From the human T2T-CHM13v2.0 reference genome, Homo sapiens, in the NCBI RefSeq assembly GCF_009914755.1, contig NC_060926.1: 64,000 bases of DNA. One strand, 5' to 3'. Positions 12,001 through 24,121 of this stretch are shown here, piece by piece. How positions within the stretch are numbered: the stretch's first letter is position 1; each line of letters starts with the position of its first letter. The notes under the pieces were generated by a model. That model saw only the letters and a list, made by a program, of their open reading frames with translations, was not told the origin of the DNA and did no database searches. The translations under genes were made by a program, and so were the position numbers.

Positions 12001-15000
12001 CTTTGAGGATTTTGTTGGAAACGGGATTGTCTTCATATAAACTCTTGACAGAAGCATTCTCAGAAGCTTCATTGGGATGTTTCAATTGAAGTCACAGTGT
12101 TGAACAGTCCCTTTCATAGAGCAGGTTTGAAACACTCTTTTTGTAGTATCTGGAAGTGGACATTTGGAGAGTTCTCAGGAATACGGTGAAAAAGGAAATA
12201 TCTTCCAATAAAAGCTAGATAGAAGCAATGTCAGAAAATTGTTCATGATGTATCTACTCAGCTAACAGAATTGAACCTTTCTTTTGAGAGAGCAGTTTTG
12301 AAACACTCTTTTTGTGGAATCTGCAAGTGGATATTTGTCTAGCTTTGAGGATTTCGTTGGAAACGGGATTATATATAAAAAGCAGACAGCAGCATTCCCA
12401 GAAACTTCTTTGTGATGTTTGCATTCAAGTCACAGAGTTGAACATTCCCTTTCATAGAGCAGGTTTGATACACTCTTTTTGTAGTATCTGGATGTGGACA
12501 TTTGGAGCGCTTTCAGGCCTTTGGTGCAAAAGGAAATATCTTCCCCTGAAAACTAGACAGAAGCATTCTCAGAAACTTATTTGTGATGTGCGCCCTCAAC
12601 TAACAGTGTTGAACATTTCTTTTGATAGAGCAGTTTTGAAACACTCTTTTTGTAAAATCTGCAAGAGGATATTTGGATAGCTTTGAGGATTTCGTTGGAA
12701 ACGGGATTGTCTTCATATAAAATCTAGACAGAAGCATTCTCAGAAGCTTCATTGGGATGTTTCAATTGAAGTCACAGTGTTGAACAGTCCCTTTCATAGA
12801 GCAGGTTTGAGACAACCTTTTTGAAGTATCTGGAAGTGGACATTTGGAGCGTTCTCAGGACTACGGTGAAAAAGGAATTATCTACCAAATAAAGCTATAT
12901 AGAAGCAATGTCAGAGAATTTTTCATGATGTATCTACTTAGCTAACAGAGTTGAACCTTTCTTTTGAGAGAGCAGTTTTGAAACACTCTTTTTGTGGAAT
13001 CTGCAAGTGGATATTTGTCTAGCTTTGAGGATTTCGTTGGAAACGGGATTACATATAAAAAGCAGACAGCAGCATTCCCAGAAACTTCTTTGTGATGTTT
13101 GCATTCAAGTCACAGAGTTGAACATTCCCTTTCATAGAGCAGGTTTGAAACACTCTTTTTGTAGTATCTGTATGTGGACATTTGGAGCGCTTTCAGTCCT
13201 ATGTTGAAAAAGGAAATATCTTCCCCTGAAAACTAGACAGAAGCATTCTCAGAAACTTATTTGTGATGTGCGCCCTCAACTAACAGTGTTAAACCTTTCT
13301 TTTGATGGAGTAGTTTTGAAACACTCTTTTTGTAAAATCTGCAAGAGGATATTTGGATAGCTTTGAGGATTTTGTTGGAAACGGGATTGTCTTCATATAA
13401 ACTCTAGACAGAAGCATTCTCAGAAGCTTCATTGGGATGTTTCAATTGAAGTCACAGTGTTGAACAGTCCCTTTCATAGAGCAGGTTTGAAACACTCTTT
13501 TTGTAGTATCTGGAAGTGGACATTTGGAGAGTTCTCAGGACTACGGAGCAAAAGGAAATATCTTCCAATAAAAGCTAGATAGAAGCAATGTCAGAAAATT
13601 GTTCATGATGTATCTACTCAGCTAACAGAGTTGAACCTTTCTTTTGAGAGAGTAGTTTTGAAACACTCTTTTTGTGGAATCTGCAAGTGGATATTTGTCT
13701 AGCTTTGAGGATTTCGTTGGAAACTGGATTACATATAAAAAGCAGACAGCAGCATTCCGAGAAATTTCTTTGTGATGTTTGCATTCAAGTCACAGAGTTG
13801 AACATTCCCTTTCTTAGAGCAGGTTTGAAACACTCTTTTTGTAGTATCTGGATGTGGACATTTGGAGCGATTTCAAGCCTATGGTGAAAAAGGAAATATC
13901 TTCCCCTGAAAACTAGACAGAAGCATTCTCAGAAACTTATTTGTGATGTGCGCCCTCAACTAACAGTGTTGAACCTTTCTTTTGATAGAGCAGTTTTGAA
14001 ACACTCTTTTTGTAAAATCTGCAAGAGGATATTTGGATAGCTTTGAGGATTTCGTTGGAAACGGGATTGTCTTCATATAGAATCTAGACAGAAGCATTCT
14101 CAGAAGCTTCATTGGGATGTTTCAATTGAAGTCACAGTGTTGAACAGTCCCTTTCATAGAGCAGGTTTGAAACACTCTTTTTGTAGTATCTGGAAGTGGA
14201 CATTTGGAGCACTCTCAGGACTACCGTGAAAAAGGAAATATCTTCCAATGAAAGCTAGATAGAAGCAATGTCAGAAACTTTTTCATGATCTATCTACTCA
14301 GCTAACAGGGTTGAACCTTTCTTTAGAGAGAGCAGTTTTGAACCACTCTTTTGGTGGAATCTGCAAGTGGATATTTGTCTAGCTTTGAGGATTTCGTTGG
14401 AAACGGGATTACATATAAAAAGCAGACAGCAGCATTCCCAGAAATTTCTTTGTGATGTTTGCATTCAAGTCACAGAGTTGAACATTCCCTTTCATAGAGC
14501 AGGTTTGAAACACTCTTTTTGTAGTATCTGGATGTGGACATTTGGAGCGCTTTCAGGCCTATGATGAAAAAGGAAATATCTTCCCCTGAAAACTAGACAG
14601 AAGCATTCTCAGAATCTTATTTGTGATGTGCGCCCTCAACTAACAGTGTTGAACCTTTCTTTTGATAGAGCAGTTTTGAAACACTCTTTTCGTAAAATCT
14701 GCAAGAGGATATTTGGATAGCTTTGAGGATTTCGGTGGAAACGGGATTGTCTTCATATAAACTCTAGACAGAAGCATTCTCAGAAGCTTCATTGGGATGT
14801 TTCAATTGAAGTCACAGTGTTGAACAGTCCCTTTCATAGAGCAGGTTTGAAACACTCTTTTTGTAGTATCTGGAAGTGGACATTTGGTGCGCTCTCAGGA
14901 CTACGGTGAAAAAGGAAATATCTTCCAATAAAAGCTAGATAGAAGCAATGTCACAAACTTTTTCATGATCTATCTACTCAGCTAACAGAGTTGAACCTTT

Positions 15001-16305
15001 CTTTTGAGACAGCATTTTTGAAACACTCTTTTGGTGGAATCTGCAAGTGGATATTTGTCGAGCTTTGAGGATTGCGTTGGAAACGGGATTACATATAAAA
15101 AGCAGACAGCAGGATTCCCAGAAATTTCTTTGTGATGTTTGCATTCAAGTCACAGAATTGAACATTCCCTTTCATAGAGCAGGTTTGAAACACTCTTTTT
15201 GTAGTATCTGGATGTGGACATTTGGAGCGCTTTCAGGCCTATGGTGAAAAAGGAAGTATCTTCCCCTGAAAACTAGACAGAAGCATTCTCAGAAACTTAT
15301 TTGTGATGTGCGCCCTCAACTAACAGTGTTGAAGCTTTCTTTTGATAGAGCAGTTTTGAGACACTCTTTTTGTAAAATCTGCAAGAGGATATTTGGATAG
15401 CTTTGAGGATTTCGTTGGAAACGGGATTGTCTTCATATAAACTCTAGACAGAAGCATTCTCAGAAGCTTCATTGGGATGTTTCAATTGAAGTCAGAGTGT
15501 TGAACAGTCCCTTTCATAGAGCAGGTTTGAAACACTCTTTTTGTAGTATCTGGAAGTGGACATTTGGAGAGTCCTCAGGAATACGGTGAAAAAGGAAATA
15601 TCTTCCAATAAAAGCTAGATAGAAGCAATGTCAGAAAATTGTTCATGATGTATCTACTCAGCTAACAGAGTTGAACCTTTCTTTTGAGAGAGCAGTTTTG
15701 AAACACTCTTTTTGTGGAATCTGCAAGTGGATATTTGTCTAGCTTTGAGGATTGCGTTGGAAACGGGATTACATATAAAAAGCAGACAGCAGCATTCCCA
15801 GAAACTTCTTTGTGATATTTGCATTCAACTTCCACAGTTGAACATTCCCTTTCATAGAGCAGGTTTGAAACACTCTTTTTCTAGTATCTGGATGTGGACA
15901 TTTGGAGCGCTTTCAGGCCTATGGTGAAAAAGGAAATATCTTCCACTGAAAACTAGACAGAAGTAGTCTCAGAAACTTATTTGTGATGTGCGCCCTCAAC
16001 TAACAGTGTTGAAGCTTTCTTTTGATAGAGCAGTTTTGAAACATTCTTTTTGTAAACTCTGCAAGAGGATATTTGGATAGCTTTGAGGATTTCGTTGGAA
16101 ACGGGATTGTCTTCATATTAAACCTAGACAGTAGCATTCTCAGAAGCTTCATTGGGATGTTTCAATTGAAGTCACAGTGTTGAACAGTCCCTTTCATAGA
16201 GCAGGTTTGAAACACTCTTTTTGTAGCATCTGGAAGTGGACATTTGGAGCGTTCTCAGGACTACGGTGAAAAAGGAAATATCTTCCAATAAAAGCTAGAT
16301 AGAAG

Positions 16306-16643
16306 CAATGTCAGAAACTTTTTCATGATGTATCTACTCAGCTAAAAGAGTTGAACCTTTCTTTTGAGAGAGCAGTTTTGAAACACTCTTTTTGTGGAAT
16401 TTGCAAGTGGATACTTGTCTAGCTTTGAGGATTGCGTTGGAAACGGGATTACATATAAAAAGCAGAGAGCAGCATTCCCAGAAAGTTCTTTGTGAAATTT
16501 GCATTCAAGTCACAGACTTGAACATTCCCTTTCATAGAGCAGGTTTGAAACACTCTTTTTGTAGTATCTGGAAGTGGACATTTGGAGCGTTCTCAGGACT
16601 ACGGTGAAAAAGGAAATATCTTCCAATAAAAGCTAGATAGAAA
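16306..16643 (+). repeat. Structural variant: 338-bp dimer (monomer C + D/B hybrid monomer 16473-16643); monomer A skipped
   Basis: C recurs after 338 bp (16306, 16644). The monomer at 16473 starts as D (cattcccagaaagttctttgtg) and ends as B (ggaagtgg, cgttctcaggactacgg, ccaataaaagctagatag). Confidence 0.92.
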
Positions 16644-19600
16644 CAACGTCAGAAAATTTTTCATGATGTATCTACTCAGCTAACAGAGTTGAACATTTCT
16701 TTTGAGAGAGCAGTTTTGAAACACTCTTTTTCTGGAATCTGCAGGTGGATATTTGTCTAGCTTTCAGGATTTCGTTGGAAACGGGATTACATATACAAAG
16801 CAGACAGCAGCATTCCCAGAAACTTCTTTGTGATGTTTGCATTCAAGTCACAGAGTTGAACATGCCCTTTCATAGAGCAGGTTTGAAACACTCTTTTTGT
16901 AGTATCTGGATGTGGACATTTGGAGCGCTTTCAGGCCTATGGTGAAAAAGGAAATATCTTCCCCTGAAAACTAGACAGAAGCATTCTCAGAAACTTATTT
17001 GTGATGTGCGCCCTCAACTAACAGTGTTAAACCTTTCTTTTGATAGAGTAGTTTTGAAACACTCTTTTTGTAAAATCTGCAAGAGGATATTTGGATAGCT
17101 TTGAGGATTTCGTTGGAAACGGGATTGTCTTCATATAATCTCTAGACAGTAGCATTCTCAGAAGCTTCATTGGGATGATTCAACTGAAGTCACAGTGTTG
17201 AACAGTCCCTTTCATAGAGCAGGTTTGAAACACTCTTTTTGTAGTATCTGGAAGTGGACATTTGGAGCGCTCTCAGGACTACGGTGAAAAAGGAAATATG
17301 TTCCAATAAAAGCTAGATAGAAGCAATGTCAGAAACTTTTTCATGATGTATCTACTCAGCTAACAGAGTTGAACCTTTCTTTTGAGAGAGCAGTTTCGAA
17401 ACACTCTTTTTGTGGAATCTGCAAGTGGATATTTGTCTAGCTTTGAGGATTTCGTTGGAAACGGGATTACATATAAAAAGCAGACAGCAGCATTCCCAGA
17501 AACTTCTTTGTGATGTTTGCATTCAAGTCACAGAGTTGAACATTCCCTTTCATAGAGCAGGTTTGAAACACTCTTTTTGTAGTATCTGGATTTGGACATT
17601 TGGAGCGCTTTCAGGCCTATGGTGAAAAAGGAAATATCTTCCACTGAAAACTAGACAGAAGCATTCTCAGAAACTTATTTGTGATGTGCGCCCTCAACTA
17701 ACAGTGTTGAACCTTTCTTTTGATAGAGCAGTTTTGAAACACTCTTTTTGTAATATCTGCAAGAGGATATTTGGATAGCTTTGAGGATTTCGTTGGAAAC
17801 GGGATTGTCTTCATATAGAATCTAGACAGAAGCATTCTCAGAAGCTTCATTGGGATGTTTCAATTGAAGTCACAGTGTTGAACAGTCCCTTTGATAGAGC
17901 AGGTTTGAAACCCTCTTTTTGTAGTATCTGGAAGTGGACATTTGGAGCGTTCTCAGGACTACAGTGAAAAAGGAAATATCTTCCAATAAAAGCTAGATAG
18001 AAGCAATGTCAGAAAGTTTTTCATGATGTATCTACTCAGCTAACAGAGTTGAACCTTTCTTTTGAGAGAGCAGTTTTGAAACACTCTTTTTGTGGAATCT
18101 GCAAGTGGATATTTGTCTAGCTTTGAGGATTGCGTTGGAAACGGGATTACATATAAAAAGCAGACAGCAGCATTCCCAGAAACTTCTTTGTGATATTTGC
18201 ATTCAAGTCACAGACTTGAACATTCCCTTTTATAGAGCAGGTATGAAACACTCTTTTTGTAGTATCTGGATGTGGACATTTGGAGCGCTTTCAGGCCTAT
18301 GGTGAAAAAGGAAATATCTTCCACTGAAAACTAGACAGAAGCATTCTCAGAATCTTATTTGTGATGTGCGCCCTCAACTAACAGTGTTGAACCTTTCTTT
18401 TGATAGAGCAGTTTTGAAACACTCTTTTTGTAAAATCTGCAAGAGGATATTTGGATAGCTTTGAGGATTTCGTTGGAAACGGGATTGTCTTCATATAAAC
18501 TCTAGACAGTAGCATTCTCAGAAGCTTCATTGGGATGATTCTACTGAAGTCACAGTGTTGAACAGTCCCTTTCATAGAGCAGGTTTGAAACACTCTTTTT
18601 GTAGTATCTGGAAGTGGACATTTGGAGCGCTCTCAGGACTACGGTGAGAAAGGAAATATGTTCCAATAAAAGCTAGATAGAAGCAATGTCAGAAAATTTT
18701 TCATGATGTATCTACTCAGCTAACAGAGTTGAACCTTTCTTTTGAGAGAGCAGTTTTGAAACACTCTTTTTGTGGAATCTGCAAGTGGATATTTGGCTAG
18801 TTTGAGGATTTCGTTGGAAACGGGATTACATATAGAAAGCAGACAGCAGCATTCCCAGAAACTTCTTTGTGATGTTTGCATTCAAGTCACAGAGTTGAAC
18901 ATTCCCTTTCTTAGAGCAGGTTTGAAACACTCTTTTTGTAGTATCTGGATTTGGACATTTGGAGCGCTTTCAGGCCTATGCTGAAAAAGGAAATATCTTC
19001 CACTGAAAACTAGACAGAAGTATTCTCAGAAACTTATTTGTGATGTGCGCCCTCAACTAACAGTGTTGAAGCTTTCTTTTGATAGAGCAGTTTTGCAACA
19101 TTCTTTTTGTAAAATCTGCAAGAGGATATTTGGATAGCTTTGAGGATTTCGTTGGAAACGGGATTGTCTTCATATTAACCCTAGGCAGCACCATTCTCAG
19201 AAGCTTCATTGGGATGTTTCAATTGAAGTCACAGTGTTGAACAGTCCCTTTCATAGAGCAGGTTTGAAACACTCTTTTTGTAGCATCTGGAAGTGGACAT
19301 TTGGAGCGTTCTCAGGACTACGGTGAAAAAGGAAATATCTTCCAATAAAAGCTAGATAGAAGCAATATCAGAAACTTTTTCATGATGTATCTACTCAGCT
19401 AAAAGAGTTGAACTATTCTTTTGAGAGAGCAGTTTTGAAACACTCTTTTTGTGGAATCTGCAAGTGGATATTTGTCTAGCTTTGAGGATTTCGTTGGAAA
19501 CGGGATTACATATAAAAAGCAGACAGCAGCATTCCCAGAAAGGTCTTTGTGAAATTTGCATTGAAGTCACAGAGTTGAACATTCCCTTTCATAGAGCAGG

Positions 19601-22600
19601 TTTGAAACACTCTTTTTGTAGTATCTGGATGTGGAGATTTGGAGCGCTTTCAAGCCTATGGTGAAAAAGGAAATATCTTCCCCTGAAAACTAGACAGAAG
19701 CATTTTCAGAAACTTATTTGTGATGTGCGCCCTCAACTAACAGTGTTGAACCTTTCTTTTGATAGAGTAGTTTTGAAACACTCTTTTTGTAAAATCTGCA
19801 AGAGGATATTTGGATAGCTTTGAGGATTTCGTTGGAAACGGGATTGTCTTCATATAAACTCTAGACAGTAGCATTCTCAGAAGCTTCATTGGGATGTTTC
19901 AACTGAAGTCACAGTGTTGAACAGTCCCTTTCATAGAGCAGGTTTGAAACACTCTTTTTGTAGTATCTGGAAGTGGACATTTGGAGCGCTCTCAGGACTA
20001 CGGTGAAAAAGGAAATATCTTCCAATAAAAGCTAGATAGAAGCAATGTCAGAAACTTTTTCATGATGTATCTACTCAGCTAACAGAGTTGAACCTTTCTT
20101 TTGAGAGAGCAGTTTTGAAACACTCTTTTTGTGGAATCTGCAAGTGGATATTTGTCTAGCTTTGAGGATTGCGTTGGAAACGGGATTACATATAAAAAGC
20201 AGACAGCAGCATTCCCAGAAACTTCTTTGTGATGTTTGCATTCAAGTCACAGAGTTGAACATTCCCGTTCATAGAGCAGGTTTGAAACACTCTTTTTATA
20301 GTATCTGGATTTGGACATTTGGAGCGCTTTCAGGCCTATGGTGAAAAAGGAAGTATATTCCACTGAAAACTAGACAAAAGTAGTCTCAGAAACTTATTTG
20401 TGATGTGCGCCCTCAACTAACAGTGTTGAAGCTTTCTTTTGATAGAGCAGTTTTGAAACATTCTTTTTGTAAAATCTGCAAGAGGATATTTGGATAGCTT
20501 TGAGGATTTCGTTGGAAACGGGATTGTCTTCATATTAACCCTAGACAGTAGCATTCTCAATAGCTTCATTGGGATGTTTCAATTGAAGTCACAGTGTTGA
20601 ACAGTCCCTTTCATAGAGCAGGTTTGAAACACTCTTTTTGTAGCATCTGGAAGTGGACATTTGGAGCGTTCTCAGGACTACGGTGAAAAAGGAAATATCT
20701 TCCAATAAAAGTTAGATAGAAGCAATGTCAGAAACTTTTTCATGATGTATCTATTCAGCTAAAAGAGTTGAACCTTTCTTTTGAGAGAACAGTTTTGAAA
20801 CAATATTTTTGTGGAATCTGCAAGGGGATATTTGTCTAGCTTTGAGGATTTCGTTGGAAACGGGATTACATATAAAAAGCAGACAGCAGCATTCCCAGAA
20901 AGTTCTTTGTGAAATTTGCATTCAAGTCACAGACTTGAACATTCCCTTTCATAGAGCAGGTTTGAAACACTCTTTTTGTAGTATCTGGATGTGGACATTT
21001 GGAGCGCTTTCAGGCCTATGGTGAAAAAGGAAATATCTTCCCTTGAAAACTAGACAGAAGCATTCTCAGAAACTTATTTGTGATGTGCGCCCTCAACTAA
21101 CAGTGTTGAACCTTTCTTTTGATAGAGCAGTTTTGAAACACTCTTTTTGTAAAATCTGCAAGAGGATATTTGGATAGCTTTGAGGATTTCGTTGGAAACG
21201 GGATTGTCTTCATATAGAATCTAGACAGAAGCATTCTCAGAAGCTTCATTGGGATGTTTCAATTGAAGTCACAGTGTTGAACAGTCCCTTTGATAGAGCA
21301 GGTTTGAAGAACTTTTTTTGAAGTATCTGGAAGTGGACATTTGGAGCGTTCTCAGGACTACAGTGAAAAAGGAAATATCTTCCAATAAAAGCTAGGTAGA
21401 AGCAATGTCAGAAAGTTTTTCATGATGTATCTACTCAGCTAACAGAGTTGAACCTTTCTTTTGAGAGAGCAGTTTTGAGACACTCTTTTTGTGGAATCTG
21501 CAAGTGGATATTTGTCTAGCTTTGAGGATTGCGTTGGAAACGGGATTACATTTAAAAAGCAGACAGCAGCATTCCCAGAAACTTCTTTGTGATATTTGCA
21601 TTGAAGTCACAGAGTTGAACATTCCCTTTCATAGAGCAGATTTGAAACACTCTTTTTGTAGTATCAGGATGTGGACATTTGGAGCGCTTTCAGGCCTATG
21701 GTGAAAAAGGAAATATCTTCCCCTGAAAACTAGACAGAAGCATTCTGAGAAACTTATTTGCGATGTGCGCCCTCAACTAACAGTGTTAAACCTTTCTTTT
21801 GATAGAGCAGTTTTGAAACACTCTTTTTGTAAAATCTGCAAGAGGATATTTGGATAGCTTTGAGGATTTCGTTGGAAACGGGATTGTCTTCATATAAACT
21901 CTAGACAGTAGCATTCTCAGAAGCTACATTGGGATGTTTCAACTGAAGTCACAGTGTTGAACAGTCCCTTTCATAGAGCAGGTTTGAAACACTCTTTTTG
22001 TAGTATCTGGAAGTGGACATTTGGAGCGCTCTCAGGACTACGGTGAAAAAGGAAATATCTTCCAATAAAAGCTAGATAGAAGCAATGTCAGAAACTTTTT
22101 CATGATGTATCTACTCAGCTAACAGAGTTGAACCTTTCTTTTGAGAGAGCAGTTTTTGAACACTCTTTTTGTGGAATCTGCAAGTGGATATTTGTCTAGC
22201 TTTGAGGATTTCGTTGGAAACGGGATTACATATAAAAAGCAGACAGCAGCATTCCCAGAAACTTCTTTGTGATGTTTGCATTCAAGTCACAGAGTTGAAC
22301 ATTCCCTTTCATAGAGCAGGTTTGAAACACTCTTTTTGTAGTATCTGGATTTGGACATTTGGAGCGCTTTCAGGCCTATGGTGAAAAAGGAAATATCTTC
22401 CACTGAAAACTAGACAGAAGCATTCTCAGAAACTTATTTGTGATGTGCGCCCTCAACTAACAATGTTGAACCTTTCTTTTGATAGAGCAGTTTTGAAATT
22501 CTCTTTTTGTAAAATCTGCAAGAGGATATTTGGATAGCTTTGAGGATTTCGTTGGAAACGGGATTGTCTTCATATAGAATCTAGACAGAAGCATTCTCAG

Positions 22601-23779
22601 AAGCTTCATTGGGATGTTTCAATTGAAGTCACAGTGTTGAACAGTCCCTTTGATAGAGCAGGTTTGAAACACTCTTTTTGTAGTATCTGGAAGTGGACAT
22701 TTGGAGCGTTCTCAGGACTACAGTGAAAAAGGAAATATCTTCCAATAAAAGCTAGATAGAAGCAATGTCAGAAAGTTTTTCATGATGTATCTACTCAGCT
22801 AACACAGTTGAACCTTTCTTTTGAGAGAGCAGTTTTGAAACACTCTTTTTGTGGAATCTGCAAGTGGATATTTGTCTAGCTTTGAGGATTGCGTTGGAAA
22901 CGGGATTACATATAAAAAGCAGACAGCAGCATTCCCAGAAACTTCTTTGTGATATTTGCATTCAAGTCACAGACTTGAACATTCCCTTTCATAGAGCAGG
23001 TATGAAACACTCTTTTTGTAGTATCTGGATGTGGACATTTGGAGCGCTTTCAGGCCTATGGTGAAAAAGGAAATATCTTCCACTGAAAACTAGACAGAAG
23101 CATTCTCAGAATCTTATTTGTGATGTACGCCCTCAACTAACAGTGTTGAACCTTCCTTTTGATAGAGCAGTTTTGAAACACTCTTTTTGTAAAATCTGCA
23201 AGAGGATATTTGGATAGCTTTGAGGATTTCGTTGGAAACGGGATTGTCTTCATATAAACTCTAGACAGTAGCATTCTCAGAAGCTTCATTGGGATGATTC
23301 TACTGAAGTCACAGTGTTGAACAGTCCCTTTCAGAGAGCAGGTTTGAAACACTCTTTTTGTAGTATCTGGAAGTGGACATTTGGAGCGCTCTCCGGACTA
23401 CGGTGAGAAAGGAAATATGTTCCAATAAAAGCTAGATAGAAGCAATGTCAGAAAATTTTTCATGATGTATCTACTCAGCTAACAGAGTTGAACCTTTCTT
23501 TTGAGAGAGCAGTTTTGAAACACTCTTTTTGTGGAATCTGCAAGTGGATATTTGTCTAGTTTGAGGATTTCGTTGGAAACGGGATTACATATAGAAAGCA
23601 GACAGCAGCATTCCCAGAAACTTCTTTGTGATGTTTGCATTCAAGTCACAGAGTTGAACATTCCCTTTCATAGAGCAGGTTTGAAACACTCTTTTTGTAG
23701 TATCTGGATTTGGACATTTGGAGCGCTTTCAGGCCTATGGTGAAAAAGGAAATATCTTCCACTGAAAACTAGACAGAAG

Positions 23780-24121
23780 TATTCTCAGAAACTTATTTGT
23801 GATGTGCGCCCTCAACTAACAGTGTTGAAGCTTTCTTTTGATAGAGCAGTTTTGCAACATTCTTTTTGTAAAATCTGCAAGAGGATATTTGGATAGCTTT
23901 GAGGATTTCGTTGGAAACGGGATTGTCTTCATATTAACCCTAGGCAGTACCATTCTCAGAAGCTTCATTGGGATGTTTCAATTGAAGTCACAGTGTTGAA
24001 CATTCCCTTTCATAGAGCAGGTTTGAAACACTCTTTTTGTTGTATCTGGATGTGGACATTTGGAGCGCTTTCAGGCCTATGGTGAAAAAGGAAATATCTT
24101 CCCCTGAAAACTAGACAGAAG
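23780..24121 (+). repeat. Structural variant: 342-bp dimer (monomer A + B/D hybrid monomer 23951-24121); monomer C skipped
   Basis: The monomer at 23951 starts as B (agcttcattgggatgtttcaattg) and is D-type by ggatgtgg (~24050) through cccctgaaaactagac. Monomer A restarts at 24122. Confidence 0.92.

Noticed and set aside
3475-12680. Longer ORFs (135 aa at 3475, 122 aa at 12312) and minus-strand ORFs
   Set aside because: These are read-through from point loss of a TGA (ggtgg, ggtgc) or a 1-bp deletion within satellite, not genes.
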